64,000 bases of DNA from Bacteroidota bacterium (GCA_046309355.1 JBKCPL010000062.1:778-64777); one strand, 5' to 3'. Counted from the first letter of the stretch, positions 37,045 to 47,371 are shown. The notes: a model not told the origin generated them from the sequence alone. A program made the numbers and translations.

Positions 37045-38997
37045 GTGACTAATTCGGCATCACATCACAGTTTTACCCAAAAGCTTTCTCTGGGCGGCTT
37101 ACTGGTTGCATTGGGTATCATCTTCGGTGATATAGGTACATCTCCGCTATACGTTTTTAAATCTATACTTTCTGGTAAAATCGTAAGCGAGGAACTTATT
37201 TACGGTGGTCTTTCCTGTATTTTCTGGACCATCACATTACAAACCACGTTAAAATATGTAACCATTGTACTGCGTGCCGATAACAAGGGTGAAGGCGGTA
37301 TATTTTCTTTGTATGCTTTGGTGCGCAGACGCAAACCATTTTTAATTTTCCCGGCCATTATTGGTGGCTGTGCCTTGCTGGCCGATGGCATGATTACTCC
37401 GCCTATTTCTGTATCCTCAGCCGTAGAAGGATTGCTCATTTTAAATCCTGACATTCCTACTATTCCAATCGTTATCGCCATTATTACCGCACTGTTTTTC
37501 ATGCAGCGTATGGGTACCAATATTGTAGGAAAAATGTTCGGCCCAATTATGCTGGTTTGGTTCAGCATGCTGGCGGTGCTGGGTATTATCTCCATCACAT
37601 CACACCCGGAAGTACTGAAAGCGCTGAACCCATATTATGCCTACGAACTGCTGGCATACTACCCGGAAGGATTCTGGCTGCTGGGAGCTGTTTTTCTGTG
37701 TACAACCGGTGCCGAAGCCTTGTATTCGGATATGGGCCATTGTGGTCGAAAAAATATTCGTGTAAGCTGGATATTTGTTAAAACGAGTTTAGTGCTGAAC
37801 TACTTTGGTCAGGGAGCTTGGGTTATCTCTAAAATCGGAAATACTTCAGGCGATATCAATCCGTTTTATGGCATTATGCCCGAATGGTTTTTATTAACCG
37901 GAATTGTCATTGCCACGCTGGCTACTATTATTGCCAGTCAGGCAATGATCAGCGGATCATTTACGCTTGTTTCCGAAGCGCTGAGGCTAAATGTGTGGCC
38001 TAAAGTGACCCTTAAATACCCGACAGAAACAAAAGGTCAGCTATATGTTCCCAGCGTAAACTGGATATTGTGGGTGGGTTGTATATCTATTGTACTTTAT
38101 TTCAAAGAATCATCCCGTATGGAGGCGGCTTACGGGCTGGCCATTATCACTACCATGATGATGACCACAGTGCTGCTCATCAATTACCTGAAAAAGATAC
38201 GTGCACCACGCTGGATTGTGTGGGCGGTAGGCATTGTATATTTTACCATCGAAAGTGCATTTTTAGTAGCCAATATTGAGAAAATACCTTCAGGAGGCTG
38301 GCTTACGTTACTCATCAGTCTTCTATTTATAGGCGTCATGTGGATTTGGTTCAAAGGGCGTAAAATCAAAAACCGCCTCACCGAATTCGTCAATCTGAAC
38401 GAATACCTGCCCGCATTGCAGGAACTTAGCAAAGACGATTCCGTAGCCAAGTACGCTACACACCTGGTTTACCTAACCAGTGCTGATCATTTAATGGATA
38501 TTGAGCGGAAAATTATTTACTCCATTTTGCAAAAGCAGCCCAAACGGGCCGATGTTTACTGGTTTGTACATATAAATGTGGTAGACGAGCCCTATAAAAT
38601 GGAATACAAGGTAGACCATATTGTGCCGCACGATGTCATAAAAGTGGAATTCAGACTCGGTTTCAGGATTGAACAAAAAATCAATTTCTACTTTCGCAAA
38701 GTGGTGGAAGAACTGATGCGAAACCATGAAGTAGATGTTACTTCACGCTACGCCTCACTAAACAAACTAAACGTTACAGGCGACTTCCGATTTGTAGTAC
38801 TGAAACGCCACTTGGCCTATGAAAACGAATTATCAATAACTGAAGAGTTGATTATGGATGCTTACGGTTTGCTGGATTCCTTGAGCTTAAGCGAAGAAAA
38901 AGCGTTCGGCTTGGATACCAGTTCCATAACTGTTGAGAAAGTGCCGCTGGTTATTGCTCCTATAAAGGAGTTTAGGCTGAAACGGGTTTATAAATAA
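37045..38997 (+). CDS. kup: KUP/HAK/KT family potassium transporter
   Basis: 650 aa. The signature GDIGTSPLYVFKS is present, with 12 TM helices and a cytoplasmic C-terminal domain. Confidence 0.9.
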   Translation: MTNSASHHSFTQKLSLGGLLVALGIIFGDIGTSPLYVFKSILSGKIVSEELIYGGLSCIFWTITLQTTLKYVTIVLRADNKGEGGIFSLYALVRRRKPFLIFPAIIGGCALLADGMITPPISVSSAVEGLLILNPDIPTIPIVIAIITALFFMQRMGTNIVGKMFGPIMLVWFSMLAVLGIISITSHPEVLKALNPYYAYELLAYYPEGFWLLGAVFLCTTGAEALYSDMGHCGRKNIRVSWIFVKTSLVLNYFGQGAWVISKIGNTSGDINPFYGIMPEWFLLTGIVIATLATIIASQAMISGSFTLVSEALRLNVWPKVTLKYPTETKGQLYVPSVNWILWVGCISIVLYFKESSRMEAAYGLAIITTMMMTTVLLINYLKKIRAPRWIVWAVGIVYFTIESAFLVANIEKIPSGGWLTLLISLLFIGVMWIWFKGRKIKNRLTEFVNLNEYLPALQELSKDDSVAKYATHLVYLTSADHLMDIERKIIYSILQKQPKRADVYWFVHINVVDEPYKMEYKVDHIVPHDVIKVEFRLGFRIEQKINFYFRKVVEELMRNHEVDVTSRYASLNKLNVTGDFRFVVLKRHLAYENELSITEELIMDAYGLLDSLSLSEEKAFGLDTSSITVEKVPLVIAPIKEFRLKRVYK

Positions 38998-39064
38998 TCC
39001 TCTAATTTTTTTTGCGGGCAGTTTTGCACAATTAGTCGAAAACCATACATTTGCACCCCTAACT

Positions 39065-39135
39065 GACCGATGGTGTAACTGGCAACACGTCTGATTTTGG
39101 TTCAGAAGAGTCTAGGTTCGACCCCTAGTCGGTCA
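39065..39135 (+). tRNA. tRNA-Gln (anticodon TTG)
   Basis: 71 nt, folded by hand. Acceptor GACCGAT pairs with GTCGGTC, the D-stem GTGT with ACAC, and the anticodon stem TCTGA with TCAGA around loop TTTTGGT (anticodon TTG). The T-arm is CTAGG-TTCGACC-CCTAG, the discriminator is A, and CCA is not encoded. Confidence 0.8.
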
Positions 39136-39146
39136 ACAAAAGCCCT

Positions 39147-39170
39147 GCCGGATTTTTAACAGAATCCGGC
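39147..39170 (+). terminator. hairpin downstream of tRNA-Gln (terminator or processing stem)
   Basis: A perfect 8-bp stem (GCCGGATT pairing with AATCCGGC) with an 8-nt loop. The downstream T-tract is weak. Confidence 0.3.
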
Positions 39171-39198
39171 AATTGTTTCATTAAACATAAATATTCGC

Positions 39199-40161
39199 AT
39201 GTCGCCACGCAATGAAGTAAAGCTGTTTTCCGGTACACATTCCAAGTACCTGGCCGAAAAAATTGCGGACAGCTACGGAGTCCCTCTTGGCGATATTACC
39301 ATCAGCAAGTTTAGTGATGGCGAAATTCAACCCAGCATCAACGAATCGGTTCGCGGATGCGATGTTTTCTTTATTCAGTCAACTTTTGCCCCAGCCGATA
39401 ACCTGCTGGAAATGCTGCTGATGATTGATGCTGCTAAGCGCGCATCGGCTCACTATATTACTGCAGTGATTCCGTATTTCGGTATGGCACGTCAGGATCG
39501 CAAAGACAAGCCACGTGTATCTATCGGATCAAAAGTGGCCGCAGATATGCTCAAAGCTGCCGGAGTTAGCCGAGTAATGACGATGGATTTGCACGCACCA
39601 CAAATTCAGGGTTTCTTCGAAATTCCGGTTGATCATTTAGACCCCTCAGTTATTTTTATTCCCTACATCATGAAGCAGCCATTTGGCGATTCGCTTATGA
39701 TAGCTTCACCTGATATGGGCTCAAGTGCACGTGCACGTATATATGCCAAAGCACTGGGCTGCGATATGGTAATTGTTGACAAAGAACGCAGACGTGCCAA
39801 TGAAATTGCTTCCATGACGCTGATTGGTGATGTAGCTGGTCGCGATGTGATCATGGTAGACGATATTATTGATACCGGAAATACACTGGCCAAAGCTGCC
39901 CAGCTGATTAAGGATAAAGGTGCCTTGAGTGTGCGTGCCATGTGTACCCATCCTGTATTATCGGGCAATGCGTATGAAACCATTGAAAACAGTGTGCTTG
40001 ACGAGTTGGTGGTGTGCGATACCATACCGCTGCAAAAAGAATGCAGCAAAATAAAAGTTCTTTCGGTTGCCGAACTGTTTGCCAATGCTATCCGAAATGT
40101 TACCGAATTTGGCTCTATCAGCTCTTTGTTTGAAATCAAAAAGGAACAATCATCTCATTAA
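39199..40161 (+). CDS. prs: ribose-phosphate pyrophosphokinase
   Basis: 320 aa with DLHAPQIQGFF and the PRPP-binding motif VIMVDDIIDTGNTL. Confidence 0.9.
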   Translation: MSPRNEVKLFSGTHSKYLAEKIADSYGVPLGDITISKFSDGEIQPSINESVRGCDVFFIQSTFAPADNLLEMLLMIDAAKRASAHYITAVIPYFGMARQDRKDKPRVSIGSKVAADMLKAAGVSRVMTMDLHAPQIQGFFEIPVDHLDPSVIFIPYIMKQPFGDSLMIASPDMGSSARARIYAKALGCDMVIVDKERRRANEIASMTLIGDVAGRDVIMVDDIIDTGNTLAKAAQLIKDKGALSVRAMCTHPVLSGNAYETIENSVLDELVVCDTIPLQKECSKIKVLSVAELFANAIRNVTEFGSISSLFEIKKEQSSH

Positions 40162-40184
40162 TCACTAAATAAATATAAACAGTT

Positions 40185-40775
40185 ATGAAATCAGTTGCCA
40201 TGTTTGGTTACTTGCGGGACGGAGTAGGAAAATCAAGTTCCAATTCACTCCGAAACGAGGGTAAAGTGCCGTGCGTATTGTATGGTCAGGGAGAGCCAGT
40301 ACATTTTTCAATGTACGCTCAGGATTTTAAACCATTGGTGTACACCCCTAACACCTACACAGTTAAATTAGATATTGACGGTAAAATTCACCGTGCAGTA
40401 CTAAAAGACATCCAGTTTCATCCGGTAAATGATTCTATCATTCATGCCGATTTTTATGAATACAGCGAAGACAAACCGCTGGTAATGGATATTCCTGTAA
40501 AAATTACCGGCAATTCACCGGGTGTTCGTGCAGGCGGTAAACTCATTGTTAAAGCCAAAAAACTTAAGGTGAGAACATTGCCGGCCCAAATGCCGGACTT
40601 CATTGAAGTAAGCATCGAAGAATTGAACATCGGTCAGTCGGTAAAAGTGGGTGAGTTAAAATTAGCAGATATGACATTGCTTGATTCACCAAATAATCCG
40701 ATTGTTAGTGTGAAAACAACACGTGCTGCTGCCTCAGCTGCTGCAGATGCAACGGCAGATGCCAAGAAAAAATAA
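40185..40775 (+). CDS. rplY: 50S ribosomal protein L25 / general stress protein Ctc
   Basis: 196 aa with an L25/Ctc N-terminal domain (KVPCVLYGQG...HRAVLKDIQFHPVNDSIIHADF). It forms the conserved prs-rplY-pth block. Confidence 0.9.
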   Translation: MKSVAMFGYLRDGVGKSSSNSLRNEGKVPCVLYGQGEPVHFSMYAQDFKPLVYTPNTYTVKLDIDGKIHRAVLKDIQFHPVNDSIIHADFYEYSEDKPLVMDIPVKITGNSPGVRAGGKLIVKAKKLKVRTLPAQMPDFIEVSIEELNIGQSVKVGELKLADMTLLDSPNNPIVSVKTTRAAASAAADATADAKKK

Positions 40776-40796
40776 AATGTCATACACATGCATTTT

Positions 40797-40830
40797 CAAA
40801 ACCCGGCTTTGCCCGGGTTTTTTTATACCT
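40797..40830 (+). terminator. intrinsic terminator after rplY
   Basis: An ACCCGG/CCGGGT stem is followed by a T7 run (AAAACCCGGCTTTGCCCGGGTTTTTTT). Confidence 0.5.
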
Positions 40831-40898
40831 CAACTACTAACAACAGGTGCTGACTGATTTAAATTGTTTATGCAGCATTGCTTTTGTTTTTTTGTACC

Positions 40899-41459
40899 AT
40901 GAAGTTTCTGATAGTCGGGTTGGGCAATCCGGGAAGCGAATACGAACATACAAGACACAATATCGGATTCGATATTGCAGATGCATTTGCAAAAAAACAG
41001 AATGCACTTTTTGCCCCCGACCGCTATGCCGACTATGCTCACGCAACACTGAAAGGCAAACACTTTCACCTGATAAAGCCCACTACCTACATGAATTTGA
41101 GCGGTAAAGCTGTTCGCTATTGGCTCGACAAGCTTAGTCTAACACCGGAGCAGATGCTGGTACTGGTTGATGATCTGGCTATTGATTTTGGGAAAATACG
41201 TATACGCAAAAACGGCAGCGATGCCGGTCATAACGGATTAAAAAATATTCAGGAGGTGCTTCACACACAAAACTATCCAAGGTTACGATTCGGCATTGGA
41301 AATCACTTTCCCAAAGGTGGTCAGATAGATTATGTATTAGGCAAATGGAACACCGAAGAACAAACTGCACTGCCAAAATTGGTTGCTTATAGCGTAGAGG
41401 CTATTGAAGCCTTCGGTTTTATTGGTATTGAACGTGCCATGAATCAGTTCAATTCGTAA
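40899..41459 (+). CDS. pth: peptidyl-tRNA hydrolase
   Basis: Start at MKFLIVGLGNPGSEYEHTRHNIGF, the canonical Pth N-terminus. Confidence 0.9.
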   Translation: MKFLIVGLGNPGSEYEHTRHNIGFDIADAFAKKQNALFAPDRYADYAHATLKGKHFHLIKPTTYMNLSGKAVRYWLDKLSLTPEQMLVLVDDLAIDFGKIRIRKNGSDAGHNGLKNIQEVLHTQNYPRLRFGIGNHFPKGGQIDYVLGKWNTEEQTALPKLVAYSVEAIEAFGFIGIERAMNQFNS

Positions 41460-41466
41460 ACCGGCC

Positions 41467-42201
41467 TTATTTATACTGTATGCGTGTTAAGTAAAGTCCA
41501 TGTGCAGGTACTGACTGCCCTGCTTCGCTTCGGCTTTTACTGTTCAGTATGGCTTCAAATTCCGGCTGTGATATTTTCCCCCGGCCTGCATCTACCAGCG
41601 TACCTACTATGGCCCTCACCATATTCCGCAAAAACCGATTGGCTGTAATCGTAAATACCAGTGTGTGATTTTGCCTTTGCCAGTAAGCCTCTGTTACCTC
41701 ACACACAAAATTGTTGACCTGTGTATGCACTTTGCTGAAGCACTCAAAATCGTGCGTACCTATCAGCTTTTGTGCACAGGCGTTCATCGTTTCCATATCC
41801 AGTGCACCATACTGATACCAGGCATAATCGTGAAGAAAAGGATCTTTTACGGCAGTGATGCAATACTCATACGTACGCCAAAGTGCATCGAAGCGTGCAT
41901 TAAATTCAGCATCCACTTTCGATATGCCGTATGCAGCTATATCATAAGGCAAAATCTGATTGAGTTTGAATAGGAACACGTGTTGTTCAATTTCTACTCG
42001 TGAATCAAAATGCAGGTAATAGGATTTGGCATGAACACCTGTATCTGTTCTGCCGCAGCCCAGTGTTTCTATATTTTCACCCAGCAGCAGCGATAGTTTT
42101 TCTTCCACTTCTTGCTGCACGGTACGTGCATTGTGCTGCTTTTGCCAGCCGTGGTAATTTTTTCCGTTGTAGGCAATATGTAGTAAATACCTGCTTGTCA
42201 C
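41467..42201 (-). CDS. truA: tRNA pseudouridine(38-40) synthase
   Basis: 244 aa, with YHGWQKQ and the catalytic GCGRTDTGVHA. Confidence 0.9.
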   Translation of the reverse strand: MTSRYLLHIAYNGKNYHGWQKQHNARTVQQEVEEKLSLLLGENIETLGCGRTDTGVHAKSYYLHFDSRVEIEQHVFLFKLNQILPYDIAAYGISKVDAEFNARFDALWRTYEYCITAVKDPFLHDYAWYQYGALDMETMNACAQKLIGTHDFECFSKVHTQVNNFVCEVTEAYWQRQNHTLVFTITANRFLRNMVRAIVGTLVDAGRGKISQPEFEAILNSKSRSEAGQSVPAHGLYLTRIQYK

Positions 42202-42207
42202 AGCCGG

Positions 42208-43407
42208 TTACAAATTTTCGTATACCACTGCTACTCCCTGCCCTACGCCTATGCACATGGTAGCTACACCGTATTTCACGTTTCGTTTTTTCATTTCATG
42301 CAGCAGCGTAGTTGATATGCGGGCACCGCTGCAACCCAGCGGATGTCCCAGCGCGATGGCTCCACCGTTTACATTTACTATGTCGGGGTTTACACCCAAA
42401 TCGCGCATACACGCTATACTTTGTGAAGCAAACGCCTCATTCAGTTCAAACAATCCTATATCACTTACCGCAAGTCCGGCACGCTGCAGCGCTTTTTGTG
42501 TGGCAGGCACAGGACCTATTCCCATAACGGAAGGATCAACTCCGGCTACACCTCTAGCTACAATACGTGCCATAGGCGTAAGATTGTATTTTTTAACTGC
42601 CTCTTCCGAAGCGAGCATGAGCACAGCGGCACCATCGTTCACCCCACTGGAATTTCCGGCAGTTACTGTTCCGTCTTTTTTAAATGCGGGTTTTAGTTTA
42701 GCCAATTCTTCTAGGCTGCTCAATCGTGGGTGTTCATCTATTTCAAACATCAAAGGCTCGCCTTTTTTTTGTGGAACAGGAACTGATACCAGTTCATTGG
42801 CAAACCGATTAGCTGCATGCGCAGCTGCATATTTTTGCTGCGAATGGTGGGCAAAAGCATCCTGTTCTTCGCGGGATATTTTCCATTGCGCAGCCACATT
42901 TTCGGCTGTTTCGCCCATGCTGTAAGGATGGTACAGTTCAGCCAGTTTTTTATTGGTAAATCGCCAACCAATAGTGGTATCGGCCATTTCGGGTACACGC
43001 CCAAATGCAGTATCGGATTTAAGCATTACAAACGGAGCACGTGTCATACTTTCCACACCACCGGCCAGGTAAAGCTCACCGTCACCGGCCATGATGGACC
43101 GCGATGCATCTACAATGGCCTGCAAGCCCGATGCGCATAATCGGTTTACCGTATTTCCACCAATACTTACCGGCAGTCCGGCCAACAATAGCCCCATACG
43201 TGCTACATTCCTATTGTCTTCGCCAGCCTGATTAGCTGCTCCAAAAATGACATCTTCAATTGCTTGCGGATCAACATTTTTATGGCGCTGCATCAATGCG
43301 TGTATAATGTGCGCGGCTAAATCATCTGGACGAACAGCACTGAGCGCCCCGGCATATTTGCCTATAGGAGTGCGTATGGCATCAATTACATAAACGGCAT
43401 GAGTCAT
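42208..43407 (-). CDS. acetyl-CoA C-acyltransferase (thiolase II / beta-ketoadipyl-CoA thiolase-like)
   Basis: It has the thiolase N-terminal domain with the NRLCASGLQA active-site Cys, plus a C-terminal domain with GHPLGCSGARI. Start chosen at the internal ATG 43407 (MTHAVYVIDAIRTPIG); the longer ORF to 43440 is possible. Confidence 0.85.
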   Translation of the reverse strand: MTHAVYVIDAIRTPIGKYAGALSAVRPDDLAAHIIHALMQRHKNVDPQAIEDVIFGAANQAGEDNRNVARMGLLLAGLPVSIGGNTVNRLCASGLQAIVDASRSIMAGDGELYLAGGVESMTRAPFVMLKSDTAFGRVPEMADTTIGWRFTNKKLAELYHPYSMGETAENVAAQWKISREEQDAFAHHSQQKYAAAHAANRFANELVSVPVPQKKGEPLMFEIDEHPRLSSLEELAKLKPAFKKDGTVTAGNSSGVNDGAAVLMLASEEAVKKYNLTPMARIVARGVAGVDPSVMGIGPVPATQKALQRAGLAVSDIGLFELNEAFASQSIACMRDLGVNPDIVNVNGGAIALGHPLGCSGARISTTLLHEMKKRNVKYGVATMCIGVGQGVAVVYENL

Positions 43408-43627
43408 GCGATGGGTGGGGTTATTTTCTTGTGCAGGCAAATGTAGTATTATCCCGAATTAAATCACACGTAATGCTGAATATCAGCGGGCAAAGCAGCT
43501 GTAAAATAGTGCAGCATTGGTTTTCAATCATCCTACAGTAGAAAGTGTAACGAAGCACGAGTAACCTAGTAGGTGTAATTTAGGATAATGCTTAACTTGC
43601 ACCTCGATATAATCTAATCCGTTTCAT

Positions 43628-44110
43628 ATGCTACAACGCCTTCAAACCGTTTATTTACTTGCCATTATTGGTATCTGTCTAATGCTATCTACCGGAACAC
43701 TCATCACCAGCATACAGAGTGTAGAGGGGAAGGTTACCCAATACACCCTTGGATTTATTTACTTTAAAATGTATGAAAACGGAATTCTTATTTCCAGTTC
43801 TATTCAATACCATTTAATTGGTTTGCTCGCATTGGTATCAGGCTGGACCCTGAATATTATTTTTGCGTATAAAAACCGCGTACGTCAGCTCAAACTGGCT
43901 AAACTAAATTTTATTTTCATCGGCTCGCTGATTGCAGCTTTGTTTGTTAAAGCAGTCATGGATATTCCGGGCTTTACGTTTGCCGGACAAAGTATGCAAT
44001 CTGTTTTTGCTCTTGCCCTGCTTTTCTTTACAGCTTACCTAAATATGCGTGCCATTATGCTCATTAAAAAAGACGAAGAACTGGTGCGCAGTGCCGACCG
44101 TATCCGATAA
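43628..44110 (+). CDS. DUF4293-like small membrane protein
   Basis: 160 aa with the N-terminus MLQRLQTVYLLAIIG and 4 TM helices. It lies immediately upstream of thiL, as is typical in Bacteroidota. Confidence 0.5.
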   Translation: MLQRLQTVYLLAIIGICLMLSTGTLITSIQSVEGKVTQYTLGFIYFKMYENGILISSSIQYHLIGLLALVSGWTLNIIFAYKNRVRQLKLAKLNFIFIGSLIAALFVKAVMDIPGFTFAGQSMQSVFALALLFFTAYLNMRAIMLIKKDEELVRSADRIR

Positions 44111-45151
44111 TTGCCCATGCTCGAAAATTCAACACGTACAGAACTTAGCTCAGTAGGCGAATTCGGCCTCATTGATTTGCTCACCGCACATATTCAGCTT
44201 CACCACTCATCTACGGTAAAAGGTGTGGGCGATGATGCTGCTGTAATACAGCATGGAGAAACGTGCACCCTAGTATCTACAGATATGCTGCTGGAAGGAG
44301 TACACTTCGACCTTTCCTACTTTCCGCTGAAACACCTGGGCTACAAAGCCGTAATGGTTAACCTTAGCGACATTTATGCGATGAATGCCACACCCGAACA
44401 AATTACCGTTTCGATAGGCTTATCGTCAAAATTTTCGCTGGAGGCTGTTGAAGAACTGTATTCGGGAATTTTACTGGCTTGCCAAAAATACAAAGTAGAT
44501 TTAGTTGGTGGCGATACCAGCACATCACGACAGGGCTTGTGCATCAGCATTACTGCCATAGGAAAAGCCACGCCCGATGAAATTGTATACCGAAGCGGGG
44601 CTAAACCCAATGATTTATTGTGTGTATCGGGCGATTTAGGCGCTGCCTATATCGGTTATCAATTGCTGGAACGCGAAAAGCGGGTATTTCTTTCAAACCC
44701 CGCAGCGCAACCCGACCTGGAAGGAAACGACTACATACTGGAACGGCAACTGAAACCCGAAGCCCGTAAAGACATAATAGATATGCTGAAGCAATATGAC
44801 CTCAAGCCTACTTCAATGATTGACATATCAGACGGGTTGGCCTCGGAGGTGTTTCACCTGTGTTCAAAATCAGGAGTGGGCATGAATGTATTCGAAGACA
44901 AAATTCCGATTGACGCATCCACATATCAGGTAGCACGCGAAATGGACCTTGACCCAACCCTGGCTGCACTTAATGGCGGTGAAGATTATGAACTGCTTTT
45001 TACGATCGATCAGAGCGATTACGATAAAGTAAAAAATCATCCTGAAATTGTTGTCATCGGGCATTGTACGGCAGCATCCGAAGGGGTTCATTTAATCAGC
45101 AAATCGGGCAACAAGCATGCGCTGAAAGCACAAGGCTGGAAAGCGTTTTAG
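44111..45151 (+). CDS. thiL: thiamine-monophosphate kinase
   Basis: It has the AIR-synthase-related fold, with VGEFGLIDLL...GVGDDAAV...GGDTS. Confidence 0.85.
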   Translation: MPMLENSTRTELSSVGEFGLIDLLTAHIQLHHSSTVKGVGDDAAVIQHGETCTLVSTDMLLEGVHFDLSYFPLKHLGYKAVMVNLSDIYAMNATPEQITVSIGLSSKFSLEAVEELYSGILLACQKYKVDLVGGDTSTSRQGLCISITAIGKATPDEIVYRSGAKPNDLLCVSGDLGAAYIGYQLLEREKRVFLSNPAAQPDLEGNDYILERQLKPEARKDIIDMLKQYDLKPTSMIDISDGLASEVFHLCSKSGVGMNVFEDKIPIDASTYQVAREMDLDPTLAALNGGEDYELLFTIDQSDYDKVKNHPEIVVIGHCTAASEGVHLISKSGNKHALKAQGWKAF

Positions 45152-45156
45152 CCGTT

Positions 45157-45576
45157 ATGCCACGCATCTTATCCATCGACTACGGAACAAAACGATGCGG
45201 CATTGCCGCTACCGACCCGCTTCAGCTTATTGCAAGCGCATTGGCTGCTGTGGAAACCTCCAAGCTGGATGCCTGGCTTACGCAGTACCTGAGCACTGAG
45301 CCGGTAGAAACAATAGTGGTGGGTAAACCCATGCGGCTAGATGGTTCTGAAACTCACTCGAGCAAAGCCGTGGCAAATTTTGTAACTTTGCTTCGCAAAA
45401 AATATCCAACCATTCCTGTTGTGGAAATAGACGAGCGCTTTACATCAGCCATCGCCCAGCGCACCATGATTGATATGGGTATGAAAAAGAAAGACCGACA
45501 AAACAAAACCCATATAGATCAAATAAGTGCAGTACTGATACTGCAAACGTATTTGCAGATGAAACAAGCACCATGA
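45157..45576 (+). CDS. ruvX: Holliday junction resolvase RuvX/YqgF
   Basis: Start chosen at MPRILSIDYGTKRCGIA; the longer ORF would overlap thiL. It carries the RNase H-like YqgF signature. Confidence 0.85.
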   Translation: MPRILSIDYGTKRCGIAATDPLQLIASALAAVETSKLDAWLTQYLSTEPVETIVVGKPMRLDGSETHSSKAVANFVTLLRKKYPTIPVVEIDERFTSAIAQRTMIDMGMKKKDRQNKTHIDQISAVLILQTYLQMKQAP

Positions 45577-46127
45577 TTTTACCCATAGTAGCATACGGAG
45601 ACCCGGTACTGAGGAAAAAATCAGAAAACATAACATCTGATTATCCGGGATTGGAAACACTGATTCAAAACATGTTCGAAACCATGTATGCATCGCATGG
45701 TGTGGGCTTGGCAGCTCCGCAAATTGGCAAAGCCATTAATCTTTTTCTGGTTGATACGCATCCCTTCGAGGATGAAAAATACCCCAATCTGAAAAAGGTA
45801 TTTATCAATACCGAAATACTGCAAGAAACCGGTAATGAGTGGGAATACGAAGAAGGTTGCCTAAGCATTCCCCACATACGCGAGAACGTGAGCAGACAAG
45901 CTACACTGACCATTCGTTACCAGAACGAAAAATTTGAAACCTTTACCGAAACCTACGATGGTATTGCCGCACGTGTCATTCAACACGAATACGACCACTG
46001 CATGGGCGTATTGTTTGTTGACCACTTAAGCGAGTTGAAAAAGCGCATGCTAAAAAATAAACTCACCAAAATATCGAAAGGTGAAGTGGATGTTGCTTAC
46101 CGCATGCGTTTCCCTGCAGCACGGTAG
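45573..46127 (+). CDS. def: peptide deformylase
   Basis: The motifs GVGLAAPQIG, EGCLSIP and HEYDH are present. It overlaps ruvX by 4 bp. Confidence 0.9.
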   Translation: MILPIVAYGDPVLRKKSENITSDYPGLETLIQNMFETMYASHGVGLAAPQIGKAINLFLVDTHPFEDEKYPNLKKVFINTEILQETGNEWEYEEGCLSIPHIRENVSRQATLTIRYQNEKFETFTETYDGIAARVIQHEYDHCMGVLFVDHLSELKKRMLKNKLTKISKGEVDVAYRMRFPAAR

Positions 46128-46269
46128 TTAGATAGTTGACCGCGACTTCTCAAGATATTTTCAGAAATGCTGGATATAGATTGTGCCCGTTCGTGTAAAA
46201 ATAGCTGAGTATAAGCTATTGTTTAGGAAGATGGTAGCCACAAACGTAACTATGGGTTCGTTAACCCAA

Positions 46270-47259
46270 TCATCCGAAATTAATTTCGGTACTGTCGCCA
46301 ATATTCAAGCTTTGTTTCATGCCTTTATACAGCGCATCGTTTCCCAGTAGCGAACGTTCCAAGATAGCAAACTCCAACTGTGCGTAGGGACCGATGATAC
46401 TGTCTTTAGCTATCGAATAATTAAGAATAGCATAATCACCAATAGACACGTTGGGACCAATAATGGAATTTGAAATACGGCAGTTTTGGCCAATAAATAC
46501 GGGTGGTATGATGATGGTATTTTCAAATGCATACCGGGCGGTATCGTAGTTCAGCCGTGCCAGCAATGTAGCATTGGTATCCAGCAAAATCTCTTTTTTG
46601 CCGCAATCAAACCAATTGTCTACATCCTTCGTGCGCATCACTACACCATCACTTATCATTTTCATCAACGCATCGGTGAGGTGGTATTCGTTTTGTGTGG
46701 TAATTTTATGCTCAATGTTGTAGGCGATGGCATCCAGCAATTGCTGAGTTTCTTTGATGCGGTAAATTCCCACCAATGCCAGATTAGATTTAGGTATGGC
46801 AGGCTTTTCTACCACACGCTTTATGGTTCCATCCGTATTCAATTCTGCTACACCAAACATACGCGGATCTTCTACTTTCTTTACACACAAGGTAGTGTGG
46901 TCCGATTGCATAAGCTGCTTCAAATCTACATCAGCTATGGTGTCGCCCAGCACAATCAGCACCTCTTCGTTTCCTAATTTTTCTTTTGCCAGCCAAATCG
47001 CATGACCTGTTCCCCTACCGGTAGTTTGTATCACAAAGTCAGACACTATATCGCTGTATGTTTCGGTAATGTATTGTTCAATTTTATCGCCCATATAGCC
47101 GATAATAAACACGTATTGATTTACACCCGCATCGCGCAGGGCATCAATGATGTGGCCTAAAATAGGCTTACCTGCTATGGGAATTAATGCCTTGGGTTGT
47201 GTATGCGTGTGTGGCCGCAAACGGGTACCAATGCCTGCAACGGGTATAATGGCTTTCAT
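46270..47259 (-). CDS. sugar-phosphate nucleotidyltransferase with C-terminal left-handed beta-helix
   Basis: The N-terminus MKAIIPVAGIGTRLRP has a nucleotidyltransferase G-rich loop. C-terminal hexapeptide repeats follow (IIGPNVSIGDYAILNYSIAKDSIIG). Confidence 0.7.
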   Translation of the reverse strand: MKAIIPVAGIGTRLRPHTHTQPKALIPIAGKPILGHIIDALRDAGVNQYVFIIGYMGDKIEQYITETYSDIVSDFVIQTTGRGTGHAIWLAKEKLGNEEVLIVLGDTIADVDLKQLMQSDHTTLCVKKVEDPRMFGVAELNTDGTIKRVVEKPAIPKSNLALVGIYRIKETQQLLDAIAYNIEHKITTQNEYHLTDALMKMISDGVVMRTKDVDNWFDCGKKEILLDTNATLLARLNYDTARYAFENTIIIPPVFIGQNCRISNSIIGPNVSIGDYAILNYSIAKDSIIGPYAQLEFAILERSLLGNDALYKGMKQSLNIGDSTEINFG

Positions 47260-47371
47260 AAATTACTGCGCTCAATGACACGACAAATATATTATATCTC
47301 GGTGAGCTGCTGCTATACTCTTATTAATTGCTTATTTAATTAAATTGCGGGCCCAATTCACGATACATAAC

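Noticed and set aside
38998-39064. A terminator after kup.
   Set aside because: No convincing GC-rich hairpin plus T-run is present. Only weak, imperfect complementarity, so not reported.
45064-45156. The long ruvX ORF starting at 45064 and overlapping thiL by 88 bp.
   Set aside because: The conserved RuvX N-terminus (MPRILSIDYGTKRCG) begins at ATG 45157, immediately after the thiL stop. The upstream extension has no homology and would overlap thiL.
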